Shown in pieces: positions 51,897 through 59,676 of a stretch of DNA of 64,000 nt. The DNA comes from Basidiobolus meristosporus CBS 931.73. Taxonomy: Eukaryota > Fungi > Basidiobolomycota. The DNA is taken from positions 112,782 to 176,781 of the forward strand of contig MCFE01000088.1 in the NCBI GenBank assembly GCA_002104905.1. Direction: 5' to 3'. Made by a program: the position numbers and the translations under genes. Under the pieces are notes generated by a model. It searched no databases and had not been told where the DNA came from. It saw only the letters and a list, made by a program, of their open reading frames with translations. Positions within the stretch are counted from its first letter, which is position 1. Each line of letters opens with the position of its first letter.

Positions 51897-52583
51897 TATT
51901 GTGCATCAACATTTAAAACTTAGACAATTTCACTCCATTAGAAGATTTAGTACCCTAACTGATTTTTGCTAACCCAAAAATAACTAATCCCTGTTATGGT
52001 TTATTTTATTGCTTCTCAGAATCTATTTTTATCTGTCACTCCTGATCAATTTCTATGTGGTCACTATGTCCTCAACTCATCTGCTAAGCCTTTCCAAGTG
52101 ATTAGTCCTCTGAGATCCATCCAACCACTAAGCAGTTGCCAAGACATCAGCTGATTAATGATGCAAATTTTCATTTATCTTATGCTCCCCAACAGATTTC
52201 AATTAGTCCAGTCTCTTGGCACTTATTAATTCAACTTGATCTGAAAAGTATAAATAAAGTTTACTGAACCTTCTGGCTTAGTGTGCGTCTTGACAAAATT
52301 AAGATTGTGCCTCAGCAAAATTATGAATTCAACAATTCTGTTCTAGATTCTACCCAAGCATAGCATATCTAGGACCCCAAGAACACCAAGCCTAGCCTGC
52401 ATAGCAAACCAACACTGTTGCCTTTATAGCCCAACTCAGCCATATACAAGACCAGTATTTGACCAGAACTTCTCTGCTGATATTTCTGTCACTCTTGACA
52501 ATTCTAAGATACTGTGCTTAGTTGTCACTTAGGTTCAGTTAACTCATTCAAGAGTTTTGTTACACTTTACCCTTGGATACAAC
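51897..52583 (+). mobile_element. Ty3/Gypsy (chromovirus) 3' LTR preceded by a G7 polypurine tract
   Basis: Reverse complement of LTR 53650-54346 (TaTTGTGCATCAACATTTAAAAC...TTGGATACAAC). Confidence 0.72.
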
Positions 52584-52991
52584 TGGGGGAAGGGAAAGTT
52601 GCCAAGTTGGTGAAATCTTTATTTGAGTCAAGAGCTAATCTAAGTACAAATAAAGAAGCCAACTAAGAAGTCTAGAACTTCTCTAATAAGTATTCCAATC
52701 TATGTTTTGTTTCATCTCTAATGTTTGTTTCAACAAAGTCAAGCTCATCAGGGGTAAATATAAAATTCATGGGTTTTTGGGGAAGTACAAATTGTAGATG
52801 TTTTTTATCAATATAATCTAAGACTGGAACCCAGCCTGGGATTAGGTGTAGTAGGAAAGGTTTGTAGACTTGTAAGTGGCTCTGCCACATATATCTTAGA
52901 TGGTCCTGTGCCAGTAGTTGTGGTTTCTCAGCTTTTTGAAGTTTTGAAGCAAGCTCTGTTACTACAGCAGAGCCAACCAGGGTGTGCCAGC
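52584..52991 (-). mobile_element. 3' relic of a diverged second family of the telomeric LINE
   Basis: Translation EKPQLLAQDHLRYMWQSHLQVYKPFLLHLIP...LPQKPMNFIFTPDELDFVETNI aligns with the ORF2 C-terminus EKPKLAYLKYLTDLWQQYLQQHTPFMMNINP...LPPFPLNSVLSTEELSSLLINL. Its 3' end AAATAAAGATTTCACC..TTGG..ACTTTCCC..CCCCC matches the LINE/SINE tail. Confidence 0.78.
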
Positions 52992-53649
52992 TGTTGTAAG
53001 AGTCTTGGAGATATTGGAAGTGATTGGGAGAACAAGTAGATTATGTGGTTTTCACTTAATGATTTATTGAATGTAAAAGTGGTATTTATGCTTTTACTTG
53101 GTTTTGGCATTACAAACACATAGAATAGGTTAAGGAAGGTCCCAAGAACATTTGTGCAAAGTTAGGGGCTGTTTGGACAACTTTGAGAGTTTTCATGTTC
53201 TGGGTACCTGGTATTTTGGTGAAAATATTCTAAGTAAATCCCAACAAGGAATTTGGTCAGTATTCTCTAGGATTTGAGGATAATGATCTAAGTGACTAAG
53301 TTAGGTGAATATTTAGGTGGAAATACAGATTTTTACAACACTCCCACTCAGCTAAATGTGCATACTGACTAGTCCTAATTTTGACCTAAGATATTCAAAC
53401 TTGTCTCTAGCTAATGGTTTGGTAAATATGTCTGCAATCATTTCATCTGTAGGACAGTAAACTAAGCTAACTAAGTTATTCTCTATAGCTTCACATATGA
53501 AATGATGTCTAATATCTATGTGCTTGGCTCTAGCATGAAAAGTTGGATTTCTACCTAATTGTATACATCCTTCATTATCTTGAAATAAAGTAGTAGGCAC
53601 TTTTTGACATAGGCCTAAATCTGTAAAAAGTTTTCTTAACAACACTGCT
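52992..53649 (-). mobile_element. Ty1/Copia 3' fragment: RNase H end, PPT and 349-bp 3' LTR
   Basis: LTR 52992-53340 has perfect TGTTGTA...TACAACA termini; PPT GAGTGGGAG at 53349-53341. Confidence 0.88.
53352..53645 (-). pseudogene. Ty1/Copia RNase H C-terminal fragment
   Basis: DNEGCIQL..NP.FHARAKHIDIRHHFI.E.......L.Y.PTDEMIADIFTKPL..F..LR..LG. Confidence 0.92.
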
Positions 53650-54731
53650 TGTTGTATCCAAGAGAAAGTGTGATAAAACTCTTGAATGGTTTAACTGAAC
53701 CAAAGGGACAATTAAGTGCAGGATCTTAGAATTGTCAGAGAGTGGCGGGAATATTAGCAGAAAGATTCTGATCTAATATTGGTCTTGGATATAGATGGGT
53801 TGGCTGTAAAGACAATGATATTTGTTTGCTAGGCAGGCTAGGCTTGGTGTTCTTTGGAGTGCTAGATGTACTAGGCTTGGATAGAAACTAGAACGGAATT
53901 GTTGGATTCTTATTTTTGCTGAGACAGAATCTTAATTTTGTTGAGACACACACTAAACCAAAAGGTTCAGTAAACTTTATTTATACTTTTCTGATCAAGT
54001 TGAATTAGTAAGCGCCAAGGGACTGGATTGATTGAAATCAATTTGGGTGCTCATAGGTGCATAAGATAAATGAAAATTACATCATCAATCAGCTGATGTC
54101 TTGGCAACTGCACAGTGGTTGGATAGATCTCAGATGACTAATTACCTGGGAAGGCTTGGCAGATAGGCTGATAACGTAATGACCATTTGAAAATAGATCA
54201 GGTGTGATAGCTAAAAATAGATTCTGAGGTGGGATAAAATAAACTGAAACTGGGATTTGTTATGTTTGGGTTAGGGAAAATCAGTTAGGGTACTAGATTT
54301 TCAAACGGAGTAAAATTGACTAAGTTTTAAATGTTGATGCACAACATCACTTCCTTCCGGAAGAGGAGTTTTTTGATGCCTTCTAGGTTCCTCTGCGGCT
54401 CCAATACTGATCAATAATGGCAACATCATCAAAGTTGGTGTAAGGTTCCCAGATGTTGTGTTTGGCATCATAGCCTTTCCACTTGACTAAATAAAGGCAA
54501 TTTGGTTCTTCTCCATCATGGTCCACAATAGCTTCCACTTCATAGGATTCCAAAGTTACTGGGTCTTGAGAAATGAGTTTGAGTGAAGAAGGTGGAAAGT
54601 TTTTGGGTAGCAGTGCTCCAGTGTTATCCTGAAGTACATAAGATCCTCCAGTAGTGCGTCTGACAACCTTGAATGGTCCTTCATACTTGGGGTCAAGCTT
54701 AGATTGCCGGATTGGATCTAGTGTCATGACA
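53650..54731 (-). mobile_element. Ty3/Gypsy chromovirus 3' fragment: integrase C-terminus, chromodomain, PPT and ~700-bp LTR
   Basis: LTR 53650-54346 (TGTTGTG...TACAACA) with PPT GGAAGGAAGTGA. It is cut off at 54731 by a telomeric seed. Confidence 0.88.
54383..54727 (-). pseudogene. Gypsy integrase GPY/F region plus chromodomain
   Basis: KLDPKYEGPFKVV...GSYVL; YEVEAIVDH.......YLVKWKGY....NIWEP..NF. Confidence 0.9.
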
Positions 54732-54745
54732 TAGGGTTAGGGGGG
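54732..54745 (+). repeat. Telomeric seed TAGGGTTAGGGGGG at the first LINE junction
   Basis: Seen directly between the Gypsy ORF and the LINE 3' terminus AGACAGTCACC. Confidence 0.9.
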
Positions 54746-55096
54746 AGACAGTCACCAACAGGTGAAATCTTCATTTCAGTTGAAACAAAGTAGCCAGCGC
54801 TACTGTTGTAGCTTTGATACAAGAGTGTGTAGCTGAGGGGAATTTGTAGGTAAGTTAATAAGAAGTGATGATAGTTCTTCAGTGCTCAAGACACTGTTCA
54901 GTGGGAAGGGGGGTGGCAAGAGAGGTAAGAATGACTTGTGAACAACATTAATGAGGGGAATGTGATAAGGATTGATATTCATCATAAAGGGAGTGTGCTG
55001 CTGCAGATATTGCTGCCAAAGGTCTGTCAAGTACTTCAGGTAGGCCAGCTTGGGTTTTTCTGACTGCAGAATAAATTCAGCAAACTTCTTGACTTC
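54746..55096 (-). mobile_element. Telomeric LINE copy 1 (5'-truncated, about 350 bp)
   Basis: Near-identical to 55144-55495; encodes the ORF2 C-terminus (54800-55030). Confidence 0.92.
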
Positions 55097-55143
55097 TTAG
55101 GGTTAGGGGGGAGGAAAGTCACCAAGTGGTGGGTTAGGGGGGG
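55097..55143 (-). mobile_element. SINE 3'-terminal stub (55112-55130) flanked by TTAGGGTTAGGGGGG and GGGTTAGGGGGGG seeds
   Basis: aggaaagtcaccaagtggt is identical to the SINE 3' end at 59677-59695. Confidence 0.8.
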
Positions 55144-55197
55144 AGACAGTCACCAACAGGTGAAATCTTTATTTCAGTTGAAACAAAGAAGCCAGCG

Positions 55198-57966
55198 CTA
55201 CTGTTGTAGCTTTGATACAAGAGTGTGTAGCTGAGGGGAATTTGTAGGTAAGTTAATAAGAAGTGATGATAGTTCTTCAGTGCTCAAGACACTGTTCAGT
55301 GGGAAGGGGGGTAGCAAGAGAGGTAAGAATGACTTGTGAACAACATTAATGAGGGGAATGTGATAAGGATTGATATTCATCATAAAGGGAGTGTGCTGCT
55401 GCAGATATTGCTGCCAAAGGTCTGTCAAGTACTTCAGGTAGGCCAGCTTGGGTTTTTCTGACTGCAGAATATAGTGAGCAAACTTCTTGACTTCAGCATC
55501 TCCAAGTATAGTTCTCCAGCAGGAGCCAGGTGTTGTGTGGTGTGTTCTCTTCCAGGCCTTAATCAGTGGGTTGTTGCAGTTGTGAAGTCTGAGGTATAAT
55601 CTGGTTCTAAGGTAGAGAAGTCTGATCTTATAGGGCATAAACGCAAAAGCACCAAGAATAGCATGTCTGTAGGGGCATTCAGGCAAATGAGGCACCAAGG
55701 AGGTAATGCACCATACTGCAAACTTGTCAAGCTTAGTGCAGTCTCTAGAAGTAAGAGAGAGAAGTGGTAAGCCAAATTCCAGGACAGGGAAGACAAACTG
55801 CTTGAGTAGAAGGAGGCAGCTGGGAGCTGAAGTTGTAGGAGGAGTAACAGCCAGTAGCTTGTGGAGTGCCTGTCTTGCTAGGATAATTCTCTTCTTCAGG
55901 TGTGCTCCAGAGTCTAGTCCAGTAGGAAGGAAAGGAAAGCCAAGATATGTAGCAGAAACCTGAGCAGGTAGAGTGGAGTTCTCCAAGTTGATGGGAGAGC
56001 CCAAAGGTACTGTCTTTGCAATGGAAAGCTGGAGATTATTCTTCTGCAGATACTGGTGGATGGTCTGAGAGTCTTGTTGCACATTGGAGGAGGATATTCT
56101 GATGTCATCAGCAAAGAGAGTAACCAGGCAGTCAGCTGAGAGTCTTGGGAAATCATTCAGGAAGATGGCAAACAGTATAGGACCAAGCACAGAGCTTTGA
56201 ACCACTCCATTAGGAACTGAGAACACAGCTGATTGCTCACTTGGGTGCAGAATTCTTGCTTGTGGATCCAGAATCAGAGACCTGACAAGGAGGATGAGAG
56301 AGGTACTGGAGAAGCATTGCAACTTGGACCAAAGCAGATTTCTGTCAACTGAATCAAAGGCCGTAGTAATATCAAACAGAACAGAGGGATACTTGCACTG
56401 GAGAGAGTGATCTTGGCTACGTATGACTGCATATTCCAAGGAGAGGCCAGGAACAAAGCCAAACTGTGCAGGATGAAACTTGAGGGAGTCAGAGTAGAGC
56501 TCCTGAGCAAGCAGAAGCTCAAACACCTTTCTGCAGGTGGGCAGCAGAGATATTGGCCTGTAGGAGCTAGGATCCAGGTGCTTTCCTTTACCCTTGTACA
56601 GTGGCAGAACATTTGCAAAGGACCATTCCTCAGGAGTAGAAAGCTGGGCTGAGCATTGCTGAAACAGTGGAAGCAGAAGTGCAGACATGGCCTTGGTACT
56701 AGTCTTCAGAAGCTCATAAGAGATTGTGTCCACACCTGGAGCAGTAGAGTTGGGAAGCCTCTTGAGCACATTATGGATTCTCCTTTGATCAAGTGCAAGT
56801 GGGATGGGCAGAGTCTTGAAGTCAGGATGAAAGCCAGGAGTTGAGTACTGCTTTGTAGAGAAGAAGATGTTAGCCAGCTGTTCTGTTGAAGGTAACTTCC
56901 TGGAAGAGGGCCTCATTGCCCTGTAGAGTCTTGATACTGTTCTTGTTATAGAGTTGGAAGATTGCAGAGGCAAAGAACTCATAATATGATCCCAGAGCTG
57001 AGTATGCAGAGTGTGGTGAATTGCCTTGGAGTGGTGTATTGCTGTCAGGAGGAGTTTCTCTGTTTTTGGGTTAGGGAAACTCAGGTAGCTTTGTTGCAGG
57101 GCTGAAACAATGGATTCCCATTTTCTTGAGGTAACAGCAGTAGTCTTGCATGGCAGTGAGAGGGAGGCAGACACCAGAATCAGATGCTTCACAAAGAGCC
57201 AGGCAAAGTTGAGATCATCTGGCAGAGAAAGTAGCAAACTGGCAAGCTTCAAGTAGTTCCCAAAGTCTTTCTTCTGATTCTTGGTAGCTTTGTGGGTGAG
57301 CACAGTAAGTTTTGGCAGCTTCTTCTTCACAACTGGTTGCATAGAAAGGGACCAGGCTGGGTGGTCAGAGGCTCTCAAGGATCCTAGCTCAGCTCCAGAG
57401 AATTGCTTGACTTCATTCACAAAGTAGAGGGCAGCAGCAGAAGGGCAGATCCAGTCAACACATCTTTTCTCAGATTGAGCACCTAGTGCTAGCAGGTGGC
57501 TTTCTCTCAGGAAGTTCAGTAGGAATGTAGACCTTGGCTTCATTCTTGCAGTCAGAGTAGTCTTGTTCTCAGGATGGGGAATGTTGAGATCTCCAAGCAA
57601 GATAACAGGTGTTGATATAGATTGTTGGTATTGCTGAACCTTCTGGCATGTAACTTGCACTTCCTGAAGGGCTAGACTTGGAGGCAGATAGCAGAGCACC
57701 AGACTGATAGTTGGCAACTGGAGAGCAGCACAGTAAGGGGAGTAAAGAGGAACACAGAGCTGAGGAGTATTGATGGTAGAAGAGATGAAGCAGATAGAGG
57801 AGGTATTCTTTGTTCTAGGAGTAGAAAAGCAATATAGATTAGTCAAAAGTATAGAGGGTAGCTGGACATCAATCAAACACAGGAGGGAAAATCTTGAAAG
57901 AAGTCTCTCTAGAGTTGGTCTTGATGGCTGTATGCTGTTGCAGTTAAGCAACAGAACTTCAGGTAG
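55198..57966 (-). CDS. LINE ORF2: apurinic-type endonuclease plus reverse transcriptase (922 codons from the codon after the ORF1 stop; no 5' AUG)
   Basis: APE motifs LLNCNS, CLID, CYLPP, GDLN, VDWI, SDH. RT motifs APGVDTI.YELLK, YRPISLL, QFGF, DIT[T/K]AFDSV, GVVQ[S/G]SVLGPILF and FADD. No RNase H or C-terminal CCHC was seen. Confidence 0.93.
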   Translation of the reverse strand, partial: LPEVLLLNCNSIQPSRPTLERLLSRFSLLCLIDVQLPSILLTNLYCFSTPRTKNTSSICFISSTINTPQLCVPLYSPYCAALQLPTISLVLCYLPPSLALQEVQVTCQKVQQYQQSISTPVILLGDLNIPHPENKTTLTARMKPRSTFLLNFLRESHLLALGAQSEKRCVDWICPSAAALYFVNEVKQFSGAELGSLRASDHPAWSLSMQPVVKKKLPKLTVLTHKATKNQKKDFGNYLKLASLLLSLPDDLNFAWLFVKHLILVSASLSLPCKTTAVTSRKWESIVSALQQSYLSFPNPKTEKLLLTAIHHSKAIHHTLHTQLWDHIMSSLPLQSSNSITRTVSRLYRAMRPSSRKLPSTEQLANIFFSTKQYSTPGFHPDFKTLPIPLALDQRRIHNVLKRLPNSTAPGVDTISYELLKTSTKAMSALLLPLFQQCSAQLSTPEEWSFANVLPLYKGKGKHLDPSSYRPISLLPTCRKVFELLLAQELYSDSLKFHPAQFGFVPGLSLEYAVIRSQDHSLQCKYPSVLFDITTAFDSVDRNLLWSKLQCFSSTSLILLVRSLILDPQARILHPSEQSAVFSVPNGVVQSSVLGPILFAIFLNDFPRLSADCLVTLFADDIRISSSNVQQDSQTIHQYLQKNNLQLSIAKTVPLGSPINLENSTLPAQVSATYLGFPFLPTGLDSGAHLKKRIILARQALHKLLAVTPPTTSAPSCLLLLKQFVFPVLEFGLPLLSLTSRDCTKLDKFAVWCITSLVPHLPECPYRHAILGAFAFMPYKIRLLYLRTRLYLRLHNCNNPLIKAWKRTHHTTPGSCWRTILGDAEVKKFAHYILQSEKPKLAYLKYLTDLWQQYLQQHTPFMMNINPYHIPLINVVHKSFLPLLLPPFPLNSVLSTEELSSLLINLPTNSPQLHTLVSKLQQ

Positions 57967-59475
57967 TCAGGCAGAGGTTGTAGCTTCTTCAGAGGCAGCA
58001 TTGACAATGTGACCTGCAGAGTCCCAGAGCTCTTCAAATGGTGCATCACTTAAGTCAGCAAGGAGGGAAATGGCATGGTTCTTGAGGAAGTATGCCACAT
58101 CATAGGAGGGGGCTTGTCTCTTGATGGCAGCAAAGAAAGACAGAATGGCAACATGGGCTGGAGGCTTGTTGAACAGTAGAGAGTCAGAGGATTCAGATTC
58201 TTCAGGCACTATCTTGAAGTCAGTTTTCAGCCAGTTAAGGTTCTTCTCCACAAAGGCAACAAATGGGTCAGCAATGTTTTGGTCTAGGATAACCTCCAGA
58301 ATCTTCCCTTTTCTCCAGGCCAGGTTGACAATTCTTGAGAGCTGAATATTGCATGCCTTGAGTGCTTTCCTGATGTTGGAAATGGGAGTCCAGGGAACTT
58401 GCTTCAAGTACACCACAGTCCAGGTAGAAGCTGGTGGTAGGTTTGCTGGGGGCTTGTAAGTCCTTCTGTGTTGCAATGGAGCTGCAGTAGTCAGATTGGA
58501 GTCCACATTCTCAGTAGAAGGTTTTCTTGATGTGTCTTGCTGAATAGTACTGGAGCTGGATGTGCTGATAATTCTTGCTAGAACCTTGCCTGCATAAGTC
58601 TGAGGTATAGCTGAGGTGACTGTAGAGGTGGTGGCAGCTGGTGCAGGTGGAGAGGCAGAGACTGAAGCAGGAACTGAGGTCACCTGGGAGAAGGCAGTAG
58701 AAGCAGGTTTTCTGGGAGGAACAGAGTTCACTATCCAGTTGTTCTGTAAAACACTGGAGTAGCTTTTCTGTGGAACAGGATCTTGCTCTTGAACAGGAAC
58801 AGAAGCAGGAGGCTGGGGCTGAGCAGTAGTGGTAAGGCAGTGGCACTCCAAGGAAGCTTTTTGCAAGGCATCTCTGGCAGTTTTCAGGGCAGTATTGGCT
58901 TCATTCTTGAGCTTCTTGCATTGGGCATCCAGTCTCTTGTTTTCAATAGCCAGGGCAGTATTGGCAGCCTCTAAATCAGCAATTCTCTTCTCAATTGCAA
59001 GGAATCTCTGAAGAAATGCATCAGTAGAAGTGCTGGCATCTGGGAGAGCAGTGGCAGGAATAGAGTCCATTGACAGTGGGCTTCTTGGAGGCAAGGAAAG
59101 TGGACTGGCAGATTCAGGCACAAAAGGAGATATCCTGGCAGGAGGAGAAGGAGTATCCAAGGCAGTAACAGAGGCAATTCTTGTTGGTGAAGCAGCAGCA
59201 GGGGAGGCAAGCCTGTTCAGAAACTGGGCAGGAGAGAGTGCTTGAGGAGAGGGAGTCTTCAGCTTGCCAAGCATGTCTTCCATCAGAGTGATACCAATAT
59301 TCCTGGTGCATTTGCAGAGAAAAGTAAGCTTCCTGAGTCTGCCAGCTCTTCCATTCCTTCTGATAGTTCCTTTGTTTCCACAGTTGGGGCAAGAAATCTT
59401 CTTGACAGACTTGTCAAAGCAATCAAGAACCTTCCTTTCAGGTGTAGTGGGCTCCTGTTGAGGTTTTGGTGGCAT
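57967..59475 (-). CDS. LINE ORF1 (gag-like, 502 aa): N-terminal zinc ribbon, coiled coil, Pro/Ser-rich linker, RRM-like C-terminal domain
   Basis: First ATG is at 59475 (the ORF-track start at 59502 is TTG); CPNCG...CKC; heptad region IEKRIADLEAANTALAIENKRLDAQCKKL. Confidence 0.88.
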   Translation of the reverse strand: MPPKPQQEPTTPERKVLDCFDKSVKKISCPNCGNKGTIRRNGRAGRLRKLTFLCKCTRNIGITLMEDMLGKLKTPSPQALSPAQFLNRLASPAAASPTRIASVTALDTPSPPARISPFVPESASPLSLPPRSPLSMDSIPATALPDASTSTDAFLQRFLAIEKRIADLEAANTALAIENKRLDAQCKKLKNEANTALKTARDALQKASLECHCLTTTAQPQPPASVPVQEQDPVPQKSYSSVLQNNWIVNSVPPRKPASTAFSQVTSVPASVSASPPAPAATTSTVTSAIPQTYAGKVLARIISTSSSSTIQQDTSRKPSTENVDSNLTTAAPLQHRRTYKPPANLPPASTWTVVYLKQVPWTPISNIRKALKACNIQLSRIVNLAWRKGKILEVILDQNIADPFVAFVEKNLNWLKTDFKIVPEESESSDSLLFNKPPAHVAILSFFAAIKRQAPSYDVAYFLKNHAISLLADLSDAPFEELWDSAGHIVNAASEEATTSA

Positions 59476-59544
59476 ATCCAGAGTTTCAGCTTCAAATTTC
59501 AATTTTTGAGATTTTTGGGTGATTTTTGATGGGCGGGATCAAAA

Positions 59545-59558
59545 TTAGGGTTAGGGTT
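59545..59558 (+). repeat. Telomeric repeat TTAGGGTTAGGGTT upstream of ORF1
   Basis: Seen directly; not followed by the LINE or SINE 3' terminus. Confidence 0.9.
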
Positions 59559-59676
59559 GCGCGCTGTGACTGCTTTTACGATCGCAAGGTCAGATCCTAG
59601 GAAAAATAAAAATAGTTAGTAAAGGTGATTTAATGGATGGATGGATGGATCGGAGTCAGATTCATTAGGGTAGGGG

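Larger units (their letters stand above)
55144..59664 (-). mobile_element. Full-length telomere-associated APE-type non-LTR retrotransposon (about 4.5 kb); the 5' boundary is 59664 or 59544
   Basis: ORF1 plus ORF2 (APE+RT), 54-nt 3' UTR with AATAAA and a hairpin, then a telomere-complementary tail instead of poly(A). Confidence 0.92.

Noticed and set aside
51280-54346. Large palindrome or foldback formed by inverted Copia and Gypsy LTR pairs
   Set aside because: The order is Copia+, Gypsy+, then Copia-, Gypsy-, which is not mirror-symmetric, and the pairs are visibly diverged; independent insertions explain it.
57068-57076. GGGTTAGGG inside ORF2 (also near 63516) as a junction
   Set aside because: It encodes FPNPK within an uninterrupted reading frame and is present in both copies; it is not a breakpoint.
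58121-59529. Overlapping alternative-frame and antisense ORFs within LINE ORF1 (for example 59114-59392, 58511-58846)
   Set aside because: They are short, have no motifs, and are expected by chance in low-complexity Pro/Ser/Ala-rich coding DNA.
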